From NCBI GenBank assembly GCA_964016885.1, contig OZ024752.1, positions 11,780,001 to 11,844,000 of the forward strand: a stretch of DNA of 64,000 nucleotides, written 5' to 3'. Of the stretch, positions 14,145-27,582 are shown piece by piece. The notes under the pieces are model-generated. The model did not search any database. It worked only from the letters and a program-made list of their open reading frames with translations, and was not told the DNA's origin. The position numbers were made by a program, and so were the translations under genes. This DNA comes from Eledone cirrhosa. Its lineage: Eukaryota. Position 1 is the stretch's first letter; each line of letters opens with the position of its first letter.

Positions 14145-14470
14145 GGTGTTGGATTGGTAGTATCGGTAGAGCATCGGACAACATGTTTCGTGGCATAGAG
14201 TTATGGCCCTTTATGTTCTGAGTTTAAATCTCGCCGAGGCTAGCTTTGCCTTTCATCTTTACAGGGTCGATAAAATAAAGTACCTGTAATGCACTGGGGT
14301 AATTGCTGGCCTTTTGCCAAAAAGTAGAAACAATTATTATTATGTAGATGTTCTGATCCTTGCGGGGGTCGATAAAATAAGGTAAGAGTCACGTACAGGG
14401 GTCGAATTAATCGGCTTTTCCTCTGCCCCAAAAATTGTTGGCCTTGTGCAACAATCAGAAACCATTATGT
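14145..14470 (+). mobile_element. Family 1 SINE plus a second 3' half
   Basis: Family 1 motifs. Confidence 0.8.
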
Positions 14471-14744
14471 TGTCTTAGAGAGGATACATGTAAACAGGAA
14501 TGGTCCTGAATGGAACGCCTTCGTTCACAAATCCGCTCAAACAGCAACAAAAGCATATGTGACATTGTTATCAGCAACAACAAAAATAACCTTGAGTCAA
14601 TGAGAGAGTCTTCACGTAATCCTTGACCTGTTAGAAATAGCAGCCAAATCTATTTCAAATCCCATCCAACATTTTTGAATAATCAGAAGTATTTCGGAAA
14701 AAAGATGGGATGGAAAAATTTGAACCACTTTGATTGCTGACCTG

Positions 14745-14975
14745 CAGTGCTAAACAGCAAGTATCGGCCGCCCTCAGATAGATTTGTGGTAGATACTGTA
14801 GCGCCCTTGGCCCCCAGACCACAACCCTACTCACTGCTTTGGAAGCAGAGTTTGTTGCCCTCAGATGCGAACCCCGGCGAGGTGGAGTGGCTGTTCCAGA
14901 GTGTCTCCCTCGACGTCCTCGAGGGCAATATATTCTCCATCCTGCCGGCCGTGACCCAGTGGTGGAGGGGAAGTT
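14745..14975 (+). mobile_element. Decayed CRE-like non-LTR C-terminal fragment
   Basis: EVEWLFQSVSLDVLEGNIFSIL resembles the CRE-type C-terminal LFQRxSxxxxRGNA motif. Confidence 0.65.
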
Positions 14976-15096
14976 AGCTAGAAGTGGGTGGAGGACATTC
15001 AATTCGGACGTCACTTTCTCTCTAATTCTTTTAAATACCAACAACAGCAACAAAAACAAAGACAGCCAAAATACTGATCAAGAATGCATTTTAAAC

Positions 15097-15362
15097 CAAT
15101 GGTCGCTAATCTTTCGGACTTCACGGACCACTAAATTCATAACTTTTAATCCTACGGACAACTAATATGAATTTGTTTAAAAAGATAAATACATTTGTAA
15201 AATAATGATCAGAGAACTTCCATTTTATTAATATGAAATGCACCTATTAAATATAATAAAATTATGTAATCATAAAATCTTTAAAGCAAATAATGTCCAA
15301 ATCTTTCTGTGGATCACCAAAACTCCAAAGTTTTCTCTCGGACCACCGGTTGGCGACCACTG
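15097..15362. mobile_element. hAT (Charlie-like) MITE
   Basis: TIR CAATGGTCGCTAATC / GGTTGGCGACCACTG and 8-bp TSD TTTTAAAC. Confidence 0.9.
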
Positions 15363-15596
15363 TTTTAAACGACACAGCAATAGCCACAGTTACAGTAACA
15401 ATTGCATGCCCATAAAACCGTACCTACCACCAATTAAGTTAGATTCCTAGTAAACATTATTTTCACTTATACTGCTACTGCTGTTGAGAAATGTACGAAT
15501 GCCACAGAATCTAAGATTCTTTCTGTTTTGGTTCGTTTTTCTGGGGGCTTTATTAGCGGAGGGTTTCGTTTTTATTTGGTTCTGGTATTATTAACG

Positions 15597-16130
15597 TAGG
15601 CGGCGATTGGGCCGAGTCGTCAGAACGTCGGATAGAATGCTTTATGGCAGGCATGTCAAACTGAAGGTCCCCCCGAGGGCCACATGGGTCACATATGTGT
15701 TGTCTTAGGGTCACATGGACCACATATGTGTTGTCTGAGGACCACACACGACAGCTAATTGCACATATTACAACTAATTTTCTTTATTTTACATTACGAA
15801 GATAAGGCATGCTCGCACTTGAAAAACCTTAGTGCGGGTCGCAGGTGTGCTTGTAAAAGGCCGCATGTGGCCCGAGGGCCACATGTTTGGTATGCCTGCT
15901 TCATGGTATTCGTTCCGGCTGTCTGCTCTCTGAGTTCAAAACCCGCCGAGGTCAACTTTGCCTTTCATCCTTTCAAGGTCGATAAAAAAAAGTACCAGTC
16001 TACTACTGGTGTTGATTCTTCCTCTCTCCGGAAGAAATCTGCTGTACTCAGGCATGGGGAGGGATGGGCTCCACCAGGCTTAAAATATCCAAGAAACGCC
16101 GTTTATAAATACGGCGCCTCTACGACCCTA
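15597..16130 (+). mobile_element. Family 2 SINE split by a hAT MITE
   Basis: Head at 15597-15647 continues at 15899; matches the 10264 copy. Confidence 0.8.
15648..15898. mobile_element. hAT MITE nested in SINE
   Basis: TIR CAGGCATGTCAAAC / GTTTGGTATGCCTG, TSD CTTTATGG / CTTCATGG. Confidence 0.9.
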
Positions 16131-16729
16131 TCTTACGTTACACAACTCTACATACATTATTAACGTTGGAGTAAATTTCCATATATCTGAATGTTGCTAA
16201 AATTCAATTATATTATTAAAGAAGTTTAGTACAATGTCTTCCATTATACAACATGTTTCATTGATAATTAAATTAGATATTTCATCTGGACCTCTGGTAA
16301 TATCCTCTTTTAATATATCTTTAGTTGATCAGTAGCTCTTAATTAATAATAGGAGAAAAGTCTATATTTAGACAGTGAAGTAAATTCTTTGTTTTTAATA
16401 TTTGTGGGTTTTTTTAAAGAACTTGCCAGAGGTGTCTAGGATTACATCCCTGTTTTTATCATATATTAATAGCTTTTCATTTGCTTTTGGAGATTTTTCT
16501 TTCACCGTTGAATTAAACATATTCCATATATTGCCGATGGATTACAAATTAGAATTATTACACCAGATATCATTATCGGCATGTTATATTTATGTTTTTA
16601 CTCCATAATTAAAAACTTTTGGTTAGTATTTCCATATGTTTAATAACAGGTCCATCTTTTTTTTGGAGGGGGGGGGGGTAATTATTCAGTTCAGCATGTC
16701 TTTATATAGTTGCTATCTTTATTATTATT

Positions 16730-16905
16730 GTTGAATTGGCAGTGTCGGTAGAGGGTCCAGCATAGTTACGTCCCTTTACGGTCTGATTTCAAATCCCGCC
16801 GAGGTTAACTTTGCCTTTCATCCTTACGGGGTCGATAAAATAAAGTACCAGTAATGTACTGAGTAATTGATGACTTTGTGCCAAAAGTAGAAACCGTTAT
16901 TATTG
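16730..16905 (+). mobile_element. Family 1 SINE
   Basis: Family 1 motifs with a small internal deletion. Confidence 0.85.
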
Positions 16906-17606
16906 TTAATATCAGGTCGTCAAGTAAGAAATTTGTAGAAAATTTTTTTTCTACAAATCTCTACAAATTTCACACTTGACGACCAATATTTTATTCGTAT
17001 TGAAATAGGTAATAGATACTCTCCCAGTCATTGTGTAGGCTTGTTTTTAATTCTTCGCCTAATTAATATTGTTAAATTTGTTATGAAGTAATAGCTGTGC
17101 TTCTAAATAATTAGAATAATTAGTCAGTCTTGGAAATTAATATTTGTTTGTTTTCGTCTTTATTTGATTTGATTGGTTATTATTAGTATTTTTCTTTGGT
17201 AAATGAATTCTAATATACGATAAGAATTATTCGTGGTATGATTCGAACTAAGATCTATTTCATAATCTAATTTCTAGTTGTCTATTAGCGAGGGAACTGA
17301 TAAAACTATAAATTATCTATTGTTGAGTTTTTTTTCTGATTAAAATGTCTCTAGAAGATGTCTGTTAATGTATGTTAAATTAAGTTAGATTTATTTATAG
17401 TCTCCAACAGATATTTTCTGTCTTTTATGCTGCTTTCCTTGTCTGGTATTAGTATACCAAGATGAATAATCTGCATTTAAATCATTCTAAATGTGAGTTT
17501 CTGCGGGATTGCTTTTCTTGGCATTCTTCTTTTTTATTATAATCTCTGTGCTTTTGAAGGGTGGAGTATAAATGTTTAATAAATACATGACTACATTATT
17601 AGTGTA

Positions 17607-17800
17607 AGGGCGGTGGATTGGCAGTATTGGTAGAGGGTCGACGCCTTGCTTTGACGCATAGAGTTACAGCCCTTGCCATTCTGAGTTCAAATCCCGCCGA
17701 GGTTAACTTTGTCTTTCATCCTTACGGGGTCGATAAAAAAAGTACCAGTAATGTACTGGGATAATTGCTGGCCTTGTGCCAAAAGTAGAAACAATTATTA
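17607..17800 (+). mobile_element. Family 1 SINE with TSD ATTATTAGTGTA
   Basis: TSD at 17595-17606 and 17794-17805. Confidence 0.9.
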
Positions 17801-17844
17801 GTGTATGTATATACAAAATCAATGGAATTATAATCTCCTTGTAT

Positions 17845-18222
17845 TCTCTCTCTCTTCTCATCCCATCCTCATAACTGAAGGTCAGGTGTCATGGACTTAT
17901 AGACCAGCACTCTCCGTCATATCCTGTCTCTTTCCATTGCCGTTCTTTCCACCAAACTCCTTCCTGTCCATTCCTTAATATCATCTATCCATATCCTTTT
18001 CTGCCGTCCCCTGGCCTTTTTTACCTGTATTCGTCCCTCAAGGATGTGGGTAGTCAAATGTTGAGCCCTGATGACATGAACAAAATCCTGAAGTTTCCTT
18101 TTCCTTACTGTTTCAAACAACTGTTATTAGCACCAGTCTCTTCCAGAACAGATTCATTTGTTCTGTGAGCTCTCCAGCTAATTCTAAGTCATGCCTATAG
18201 CATGATATTCCAAATGCACTCC
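17845..18222 (-). mobile_element. RTE-clade LINE 3' fragment
   Basis: RISWRAHRTNESVL and VRKRKLQDFVHVIRAQHLTTHILEGRIQVKKARGRQKRIWIDDIKEWTG. Confidence 0.85.
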
Positions 18223-18350
18223 TTACATTATGTTTGATTTAAACATGCTACTTCACTGCAAAGGGAAAATATATACACAACTAATATATCTATATTTACT
18301 TTGAAATGTTTAATTATAATTATCGAAATCACATCACCTTTAACTCAACA

Positions 18351-18588
18351 AAATACTTCAGCAATGCTGGTATAGCCTCTGCCTCGCTCCACGGGTGGGA
18401 GACTCGGGAGCTGGAATGGCTTTACCAATGCGTCTCCCTCACCATCCTCCGGGAAAACGCCTTCACTATTCCTTCCGCCGGGGCCGCGGGCAGCCAGTGT
18501 TTGGGCCCCCCATTTGCTTATAATAGTGAAAGATGTGGAGAGTGAGAGAGACGGAGGTAGTGACTATACCAGCATTGTTGAAGTATTT
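18351..18588 (+). mobile_element. CRE-like fragment bracketed by ~26-35-bp inverted repeats
   Basis: ELEWLYQCVSLTILRENAFTI; IR AAATACTTCAGCAATGCTGGTATAG / CTATACCAGCATTGTTGAAGTATTT. Confidence 0.65.
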
Positions 18589-18671
18589 AAACTTTAAGTC
18601 TGATCTGATAATTCTGAGAAACCTTAGTGCACCCTGATAATATATATTGGATATAAAATATTCTCTTGTTC

Positions 18672-18674
18672 ATT

Positions 18675-18705
<31 letters not shown>

Positions 18706-19280
18706 GCCCACTTATTCCTGCGAAGGTTGTTAGGGCAGAGTGCTCAAACACTCCTTCCAGCGGGTCCTGTCAGAAGCAACTGTCTCCAACTGATCCAGCT
18801 AGATCCCCAAGTGAGACCAGCCAAGCTCATGGATGTTATACAACCATCTTGCTCGGGGGTCTGCCCCTGGGTCTATTGCCGATTGATTTTGACCGTAAGA
18901 TCTGTCCAGCAATTCTTTTCTGAGACATTCTCACCACATGTCCATAGTATCACAGCTGTGATCTCTCAATTCAGAGAAGTAGCAGCTCTACCTGGAATGA
19001 CTCTCCAGGGATTCTTTTCTGAGACATTCTAACCACATGTCCATAGTATCACAGCTGTGATCTCTCAATTCAGAGAAGTAGCAGCTCTACCTGGAATGAC
19101 TCTCCAGGGATTCTTTTCTGAGACATTCTCACCACATGTCCATAGTATCAGAGCTGTGATCTCTCAATTCAGAGAAGTAGCAGCTCAACCTGGAGTGACT
19201 CTCCAGGGATTCTTTCCTGAGACATTCTAACCACATGCCCATAGTATCGGAGCTGTGATCTCCCAATTCGGAGAAGTAGT
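18672..19280 (-). mobile_element. RTE LINE 3' end with (GAA)n tail and a 99-bp coding segment repeated ~3.7 times
   Basis: RIERSQL..YGHVVRMSQKRIAGQIL..RPRGRP; ATTCTTT anchors at 18912, 19011, 19110 and 19209. Confidence 0.8.
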
Positions 19281-19601
19281 AAGGGTTCTTGAAAGAAAAA
19301 AATATCAAAGCTTGAGCCATAAAGGTTTAAATATAATTCCAATAGTTGATGTTGCCTGTTGCAGGTGATGTTACCTATTTTAATTGGACTTCTCTGTATG
19401 TTGCTTCATACATAATACATTATATAAGTTGAAACAAATCACCACTGAAACAGCTTCGATTTTATTGGCATTTTGTGTTAATATCATAGACACTTACACG
19501 TGTAGTGATTCCTATATTTATTCAAGGTTCGTTATTTTATCATTTAAAATACCTTATTAATATTAACCACATACACACATGCATACATGTAGCCTTTAAA
19601 T

Positions 19602-20286
19602 CAGTCATGGACAACATAAAGCCCGCTAAGCTTTCTGAATGGCTCGCCTAAGTCACCTAAGTGAATTCTTTCTGATTTTTTACTTCAACTTTTCAGTCGT
19701 AATTTATCTTTCTATCATTTTTACGATCGAGGAAAAAAACGTGTAGGAATTCTGAAGAAACAAATCAAAACAACCTGAGTTACCGCCCTTTTTTTAATGT
19801 GGGCACGAATGTAAATTAGCGCTTGCGGCCCGCCTGAGGATGAGCCATATCTCATGCGGCCCACTTCTCGAAAAAGGTTGCCCATGTCTACTTTTTTCAA
19901 AGATGGTATGGTATGATTTTCAGTTCAATCAACTTCGTAGAAGCGTCTTCATTGGCTCAACTATTTGTTTGGAGTGTTCGTTCTTGTATTATTTATTTAT
20001 ATCTCAGGGCAGCGGATTTGCAGTATAGGTAGAGCGTCGGACAACATGCTTCGCGACATAGAGTTTCGGACCTTTACATTCTGTGTTCAAATTCCGCCGT
20101 TGTTAGCTTTGCTTTTCATCCTTATGGGGTCGATAAAATAAAGCACCAGTAATACACTGGGGTCGATTTAATCAATTTTCCCCTCCCCGTCAAATTGCTG
20201 GTTAATGTAAATTAGTGCTTGCGGCCCGCCTGATGATGAACCATATCTCATGCGGCCCACTTCTCGAAAAAAGTTCCCCATGCCTG
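19602..20286. mobile_element. hAT MITE with duplicated right end enclosing a SINE (20006-20200)
   Basis: CAGTCATGG..CCATGCCTG termini, TSD CTTTAAAT / CTTTAAAC; 19808-19889 repeated at 20205-20286. Confidence 0.75.
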
Positions 20287-20339
20287 CTTTAAACACTCTT
20301 CTTAAGGAATGTCCTTCTATATCCCAATGTAGTCTATGA

Positions 20340-20525
20340 AATAATTATTTCTACTTTTGGCACAAGGCCAGTAATTATCCCAGTACATTACTGGTACTTC
20401 ATTTTATCGACGCCGTAAGGATTAACGGCAAAGTTAACCTTGGCGGGATTTGAACTCAGATCGTAAAGGGACGTAACCGTGCAGGAAAGCATGGCGTCCG
20501 ACCCTCTACCAATCCTCCGAACCTC
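20340..20525 (-). mobile_element. Family 1 SINE
   Basis: Family 1 motifs. Confidence 0.85.
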
Positions 20526-20931
20526 ATTAGTCTTCGAAATACTACTGGAGATATAGGTATATGTCATTAGAAACACACCAAGGCCTTTAAAGTTTCTACT
20601 ATGTTAGTTTTAAATTCTTCTTGGTAATGTTAAGTCAGTTCTGTTTTAATTTGATGACTTTTTATCAAATTTACACCATTAATTAATACTCCACAGGTTT
20701 CTCTAGTAGACTGGTCTTTAGAGTGACGTACATCGGCCATTATTGTGATGGACAGGTTGTAGCTATGCTAGAAGTGTGTTGATTTTATAGGAAGTATAAC
20801 TATCGGTTTTCAAATAAAATCTTTAACGTTTAACATCTGGTTTGTAACTCTTCATCTCTCCTTTCATACGTGTTTGACAAGTAAACGATATTCCAATACC
20901 TTTCAATTAAATAATCGAATAAAAATTTCCT

Positions 20932-21080
20932 GATATATATATATATATATTTATTTATATATGTATGTATATATATATATATATATTTATTTATATATGT
21001 ATGTATATATATATATATTTATATATGTATATATATATATATTTATATATATTTATATATTATATATATTTATATATTTA

Positions 21081-21175
<95 letters not shown>

Positions 21176-21279
21176 AATGTTATATCTGAGTTTTTCGAAT
21201 ATTAATAACATTCGATTCGATTCGTTTGCATTTATGCAAAAAAGCCTCAATTTTATAGCCACGTCAATAGAATGATGTG

Positions 21280-21343
<64 letters not shown>

Positions 21344-21367
21344 GTATATATATTTATATATATTTAC

Positions 21368-21459
<92 letters not shown>

Positions 21460-21536
21460 TTATATATATTTACATATATATATATATATATTTATATATA
21501 TTTACATATATATATATATATATATTTATATATATT

Positions 21537-21578
<42 letters not shown>
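20932..21578. repeat. Imperfect (TA)n tracts
   Basis: Directly visible; source of spurious YI-repeat ORFs. Confidence 0.95.
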
Positions 21579-21581
<3 letters not shown>

Positions 21582-21593
21582 TTAATATAGATG

Positions 21594-21644
21594 AGATTCT
21601 ACAGGACTAGAACTGTTTCATTCATTAGAAATCATCAGGAATCT
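21594..21644 (-). ncRNA. Type I hammerhead ribozyme (family B) in a Penelope-like inverted fragment 21579-21742
   Basis: AGATTC CTGATGA TTTCTAATGAAT GAA ACAG-TTCTAGTC-CTGT A GAATCT: full core, stem I 6 bp, stem III 4 bp, GUA site. Confidence 0.8.
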
Positions 21645-21834
21645 CCTGTAGAATCTCATCTATATTAAAACTGTTATACTCTGCTATGTATTGAGTACCT
21701 TACTTACTGTGGTTACCTCCGATTCAACCCGGAATAACGTATATATATATATATATATATTTCCCTTATTATTTTTTCTGATTGTTCGTGTGACTAAGTT
21801 ATTGTGGAGCTTATACTCAACACGGTATTTGTTG

Positions 21835-21882
21835 AGCTCTGATGATTCCTGCCTAAAGGTGAGGATGAAACATTGTTAGTGA
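21835..21882 (+). ncRNA. Putative minimal hammerhead motif
   Basis: CTGATGA T-TCCT..AGGA-T GAAAC ATT GTT; stem I weak. Confidence 0.5.
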
Positions 21883-21923
21883 ATAAAGACTGTTTGAGTA
21901 TGTAAGCGTTCTTTGTTTTCTTT

Positions 21924-21967
<44 letters not shown>

Positions 21968-21972
<5 letters not shown>

Positions 21973-22422
21973 GGAAAAAATGAAATTCATTTCTCACTCT
22001 TAGTACGGCTGATACTTAAATTTAAGTATGTATACGTACATACATATATGTATACAGACGTACAGTAATATGCATATACATACATACATGCACATATATA
22101 TATATATATATATGTACGTATGGGTTTACCGAACATTTATTATAATGTTCAGTTTGTTTGCAAACAAACAGCCCGAATTAAGCCGTACAGTGTTCGGCAA
22201 CCATCGTTGCCCTTTTGTTCAACACTGACAAAGGAACGATGAACTAGTTTCTAGTTTCTTAGCTGTCATCAACACCGTATACCTTCCTGTCAATCGATTG
22301 AACGTTTGAAAGTATATACTTTCCTTATGCATATTAACGGCTGAGCAGCCTAATTTGCATATCGAGTGAGTTAGTCGGCCGGGCGTACCGAAAACGATAA
22401 ATGGAAAAAAAGAAATTTCGTT
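21968..22422 (-). mobile_element. Diverged monomer of the 466-bp HHR repeat family (core C3 mutated)
   Basis: Collinear with 24091-24556; minus strand ACGGTG TTGATGA..GAAACTAGTT CATCGT. Confidence 0.8.
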
Positions 22423-22608
22423 TATATATTTATATATATATACATACTTAAATATATATATATATATATAATATTAAGGATACTATTTATGGTTATGTAT
22501 ATACTAAAACTTTTTATAGTTATATATATATATATATAAATCAACATATGTTGATTTAAAACTGCACTATCCACAAGTGTTTTTTAGCCTTCATATCATG
22601 TTCTCCTG

Positions 22609-22675
22609 TTTTATCTGATGAAAACACAAATATTATTGCATGATGATATTTGTTTTTGAAATGCGCATAATAAAA
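22609..22675 (+). ncRNA. Type I hammerhead ribozyme (family C)
   Basis: TTTTAT CTGATGA [AAAC..AAATATTA/TGATATTT GTTT] GAA ATGCGCAT A ATAAAA; 6-bp stem I, palindromic stem III. Confidence 0.75.
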
Positions 22676-22799
22676 TACATGGAACTCCTTTAACCATCTT
22701 TTGATCTTATATTATGTATACTCCAGTCCTACAAACTGTAGAGTGCTTCTTATCCGATATCTGCATTGCTTTATTGTACTACAATAAAACTCACCTCCT

Positions 22800-24090
<1,291 letters not shown>

Positions 24091-24393
24091 ATAAATTGAA
24101 ACAAAATGAAAACGAAATTTCATTTCTCACTCTTAGTATGGCACTTACTTAAATGTAAGTATGCATGTATACGTACATACATATATGTATACAGACGTAC
24201 AGTAGCATGCACATATATATATATATATACATATATACATACATATGCATACAGGTACACATACATATATGCACGTATCAGTTTAGCGGCGCTAACGTCG
24301 CTTTGTTCGTTTGTAAACAAACTGAACAGCCTGAATTTGTGCCATACGGTGTTAAGGCAACCACGTCACCTTTTTGTTCAACACTGACACAGG

Positions 24394-24438
24394 AACGATG
24401 TACTAGTTTCAAGCTTGTTAGCTATCATCAGCACCGTT
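24394..24438 (-). ncRNA. Minimal type I hammerhead ribozyme (family A); second minus copy at 24860-24904
   Basis: AACGGTG CTGATGA T-AGCT-AACA-AGCT-T GAA ACTAGT A CATCGTT. Confidence 0.85.
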
Positions 24439-25360
24439 TACCCATCTGCCAGATAGTTGAACGTTCGAAAGTATATACTTTCCTTATGAAAATTAACGGC
24501 TGAGCAGCCTAATTTGCATATTGAGTGAGTTAAATCGGTCAGGCATACCGAAAACGATAAATTGAAACAAAATGAAAACGAAATTTCATTTCTCACTCTT
24601 AGTATGGCACTTACTTAAATGTAAGTATGCATGTATACGTACATACATATATGTATACAGACGTACAGTAGCATGCACATATATATATATATATACATAT
24701 ATACATACATATGCATACAGGTACACATACATATATGCACGTATCAGTTTAGCGGCGCTAACGTCGCTTTGTTCGTTTGTAAACAAACTGAACAGCCTGA
24801 ATTTGTGCCATACGGTGTTAAGGCAACCACGTCACCTTTTTGTTCAACACTGACACAGGAACGATGTACTAGTTTCAAGCTTGTTAGCTATCATCAGCAC
24901 CGTTTACCCATCTGCCAGATAGTTGAACGTTCGAAAGTATATACTTTCCTGTTGAACAAAAAGGTGACGTGGTTGCCTTAACACCGTATGGCACAAATTC
25001 AGGCTGTTCAGTTTGTTTACAAACGAACAAAGCGACGTTAGCGCCGCTAAACTGATACGTGCATATATGTATGTGTACCTGTATGCATATGTATGTATAT
25101 ATGTATATATATATATATATGTGCATGCTACTGTACGTCTGTATACATATATGTATGTACGTATACATGCATACTTACATTTAAGTAAGTGCCATACTAA
25201 GAGTGAGAAATGAAATTTCGTTTTCATTTTGTTTCAATTTATCGTTTTCGGTATGCCTGACCGATTTAACTCACTCAATATGCAAATTAGGCTGCTCAGC
25301 CGTTAATTTTCATAAGGAAAGTATATACTTTCGAACGTTCAACTATCTGGCAGATGGGTA

Positions 25361-25405
25361 AACGGTGCTGATGATAGCTAACAAGCTTGAAACTAGTACA
25401 TCGTT
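25361..25405 (+). ncRNA. Minimal type I hammerhead ribozyme (family A); further copies at 25827-25871, 26293-26337, 26759-26803
   Basis: Same motif: 7-bp stem I, 4-bp stem II, palindromic ACTAGT stem III, GUA cleavage triplet. Confidence 0.85.
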
Positions 25406-27350
25406 CCTGTGTCAGTGTTGAACAAAAAGGTGACGTGGTTGCCTTAACACCGTATGGCACAAATTCAGGCTGTTCAGTTTGTTTACAAACGAACAAAGCG
25501 ACGTTAGCGCCGCTAAACTGATACGTGCATATATGTATGTGTACCTGTATGCATATGTATGTATATATGTATATATATATATATATGTGCATGCTACTGT
25601 ACGTCTGTATACATATATGTATGTACGTATACATGCATACTTACATTTAAGTAAGTGCCATACTAAGAGTGAGAAATGAAATTTCGTTTTCATTTTGTTT
25701 CAATTTATCGTTTTCGGTATGCCTGACCGATTTAACTCACTCAATATGCAAATTAGGCTGCTCAGCCGTTAATTTTCATAAGGAAAGTATATACTTTCGA
25801 ACGTTCAACTATCTGGCAGATGGGTAAACGGTGCTGATGATAGCTAACAAGCTTGAAACTAGTACATCGTTCCTGTGTCAGTGTTGAACAAAAAGGTGAC
25901 GTGGTTGCCTTAACACCGTATGGCACAAATTCAGGCTGTTCAGTTTGTTTACAAACGAACAAAGCGACGTTAGCGCCGCTAAACTGATACGTGCATATAT
26001 GTATGTGTACCTGTATGCATATGTATGTATATATGTATATATATATATATATGTGCATGCTACTGTACGTCTGTATACATATATGTATGTACGTATACAT
26101 GCATACTTACATTTAAGTAAGTGCCATACTAAGAGTGAGAAATGAAATTTCGTTTTCATTTTGTTTCAATTTATCGTTTTCGGTATGCCTGACCGATTTA
26201 ACTCACTCAATATGCAAATTAGGCTGCTCAGCCGTTAATTTTCATAAGGAAAGTATATACTTTCGAACGTTCAACTATCTGGCAGATGGGTAAACGGTGC
26301 TGATGATAGCTAACAAGCTTGAAACTAGTACATCGTTCCTGTGTCAGTGTTGAACAAAAAGGTGACGTGGTTGCCTTAACACCGTATGGCACAAATTCAG
26401 GCTGTTCAGTTTGTTTACAAACGAACAAAGCGACGTTAGCGCCGCTAAACTGATACGTGCATATATGTATGTGTACCTGTATGCATATGTATGTATATAT
26501 GTATATATATATATATATGTGCATGCTACTGTACGTCTGTATACATATATGTATGTACGTATACATGCATACTTACATTTAAGTAAGTGCCATACTAAGA
26601 GTGAGAAATGAAATTTCGTTTTCATTTTGTTTCAATTTATCGTTTTCGGTATGCCTGACCGATTTAACTCACTCAATATGCAAATTAGGCTGCTCAGCCG
26701 TTAATTTTCATAAGGAAAGTATATACTTTCGAACGTTCAACTATCTGGCAGATGGGTAAACGGTGCTGATGATAGCTAACAAGCTTGAAACTAGTACATC
26801 GTTCCTGTGTCAGTGTTGAACAAAAAGGTGACGTGGTTGCCTTAACACCGTATGGCACAAATTCAGGCTGTTCAGTTTGTTTACAAACGAACAAAGCGAC
26901 GTTAGCGCCGCTAAACTGATACGTGCATATATGTATGTGTACCTGTATGCATATGTATGTATATATGTATATATATATATATATGTGCATGCTACTGTAC
27001 GTCTGTATACATATATGTATGTACGTATACATGCATACTTACATATAATATATATATATATATATACATATAATATATATAGAGAGAGATATGCATATAT
27101 GTATATATGTGTTTGTGATTAATCGTATGTGTATTTGTGTGTGTGTGTATGTAATTGAATGTGTGTGTGCTTGTATGTGTATTTGTTTGTGTGTGTTTGT
27201 AATTGCATGTGTGTGTGCTTGTACGTTTATTTGTTTGTGTGTGCGCTTGTGTGTGTGTAGTTGTTTGTGTGTGTATGTGTGTGTGTGCTTTTGTGTATTT
27301 GTATGTGTGTGTGTAAACGCGTGAGGAAGGAGAAAGAAATGGAAGATATA

Positions 27351-27582
27351 TAGGTATATAATGTATATATATATAGGTATATAATGTGTATATATATAGG
27401 TATATAATGTGTATATATATAGGTATATAATGTGTATCTATATAGGTATATAATGTGGATATGTATAGGTATATAATGTGTATATATATAGGTATATAAT
27501 GTGTATATATATAGGTATATAATGTGTATATATATAGGTATATAATGTGGATATGTATAGGTATATAATGTGGATATGTATA
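27351..27582. repeat. 23-bp minisatellite (~10 copies) between (GT)n-rich tracts (27105-27315, 27675-28050)
   Basis: TAGGTATATAATGTGTATATATA unit. Confidence 0.85.

Larger units (their letters stand above)
24091..27044. mobile_element. 466-bp tandem array (~1.85 + ~4.5 units) with inversion at 24950; retrozyme-like or Penelope pLTR-like
   Basis: Identical ORF translations recur every 466 bp, orientation flips at 24950, both ends lie in (TA)n, one HHR per full unit. Confidence 0.85.

Noticed and set aside
24106-27122. 93-116 aa ORFs repeated in the 466-bp unit
   Set aside because: Overlapping on both strands, dominated by TA/CA-rich sequence, no recognisable domain
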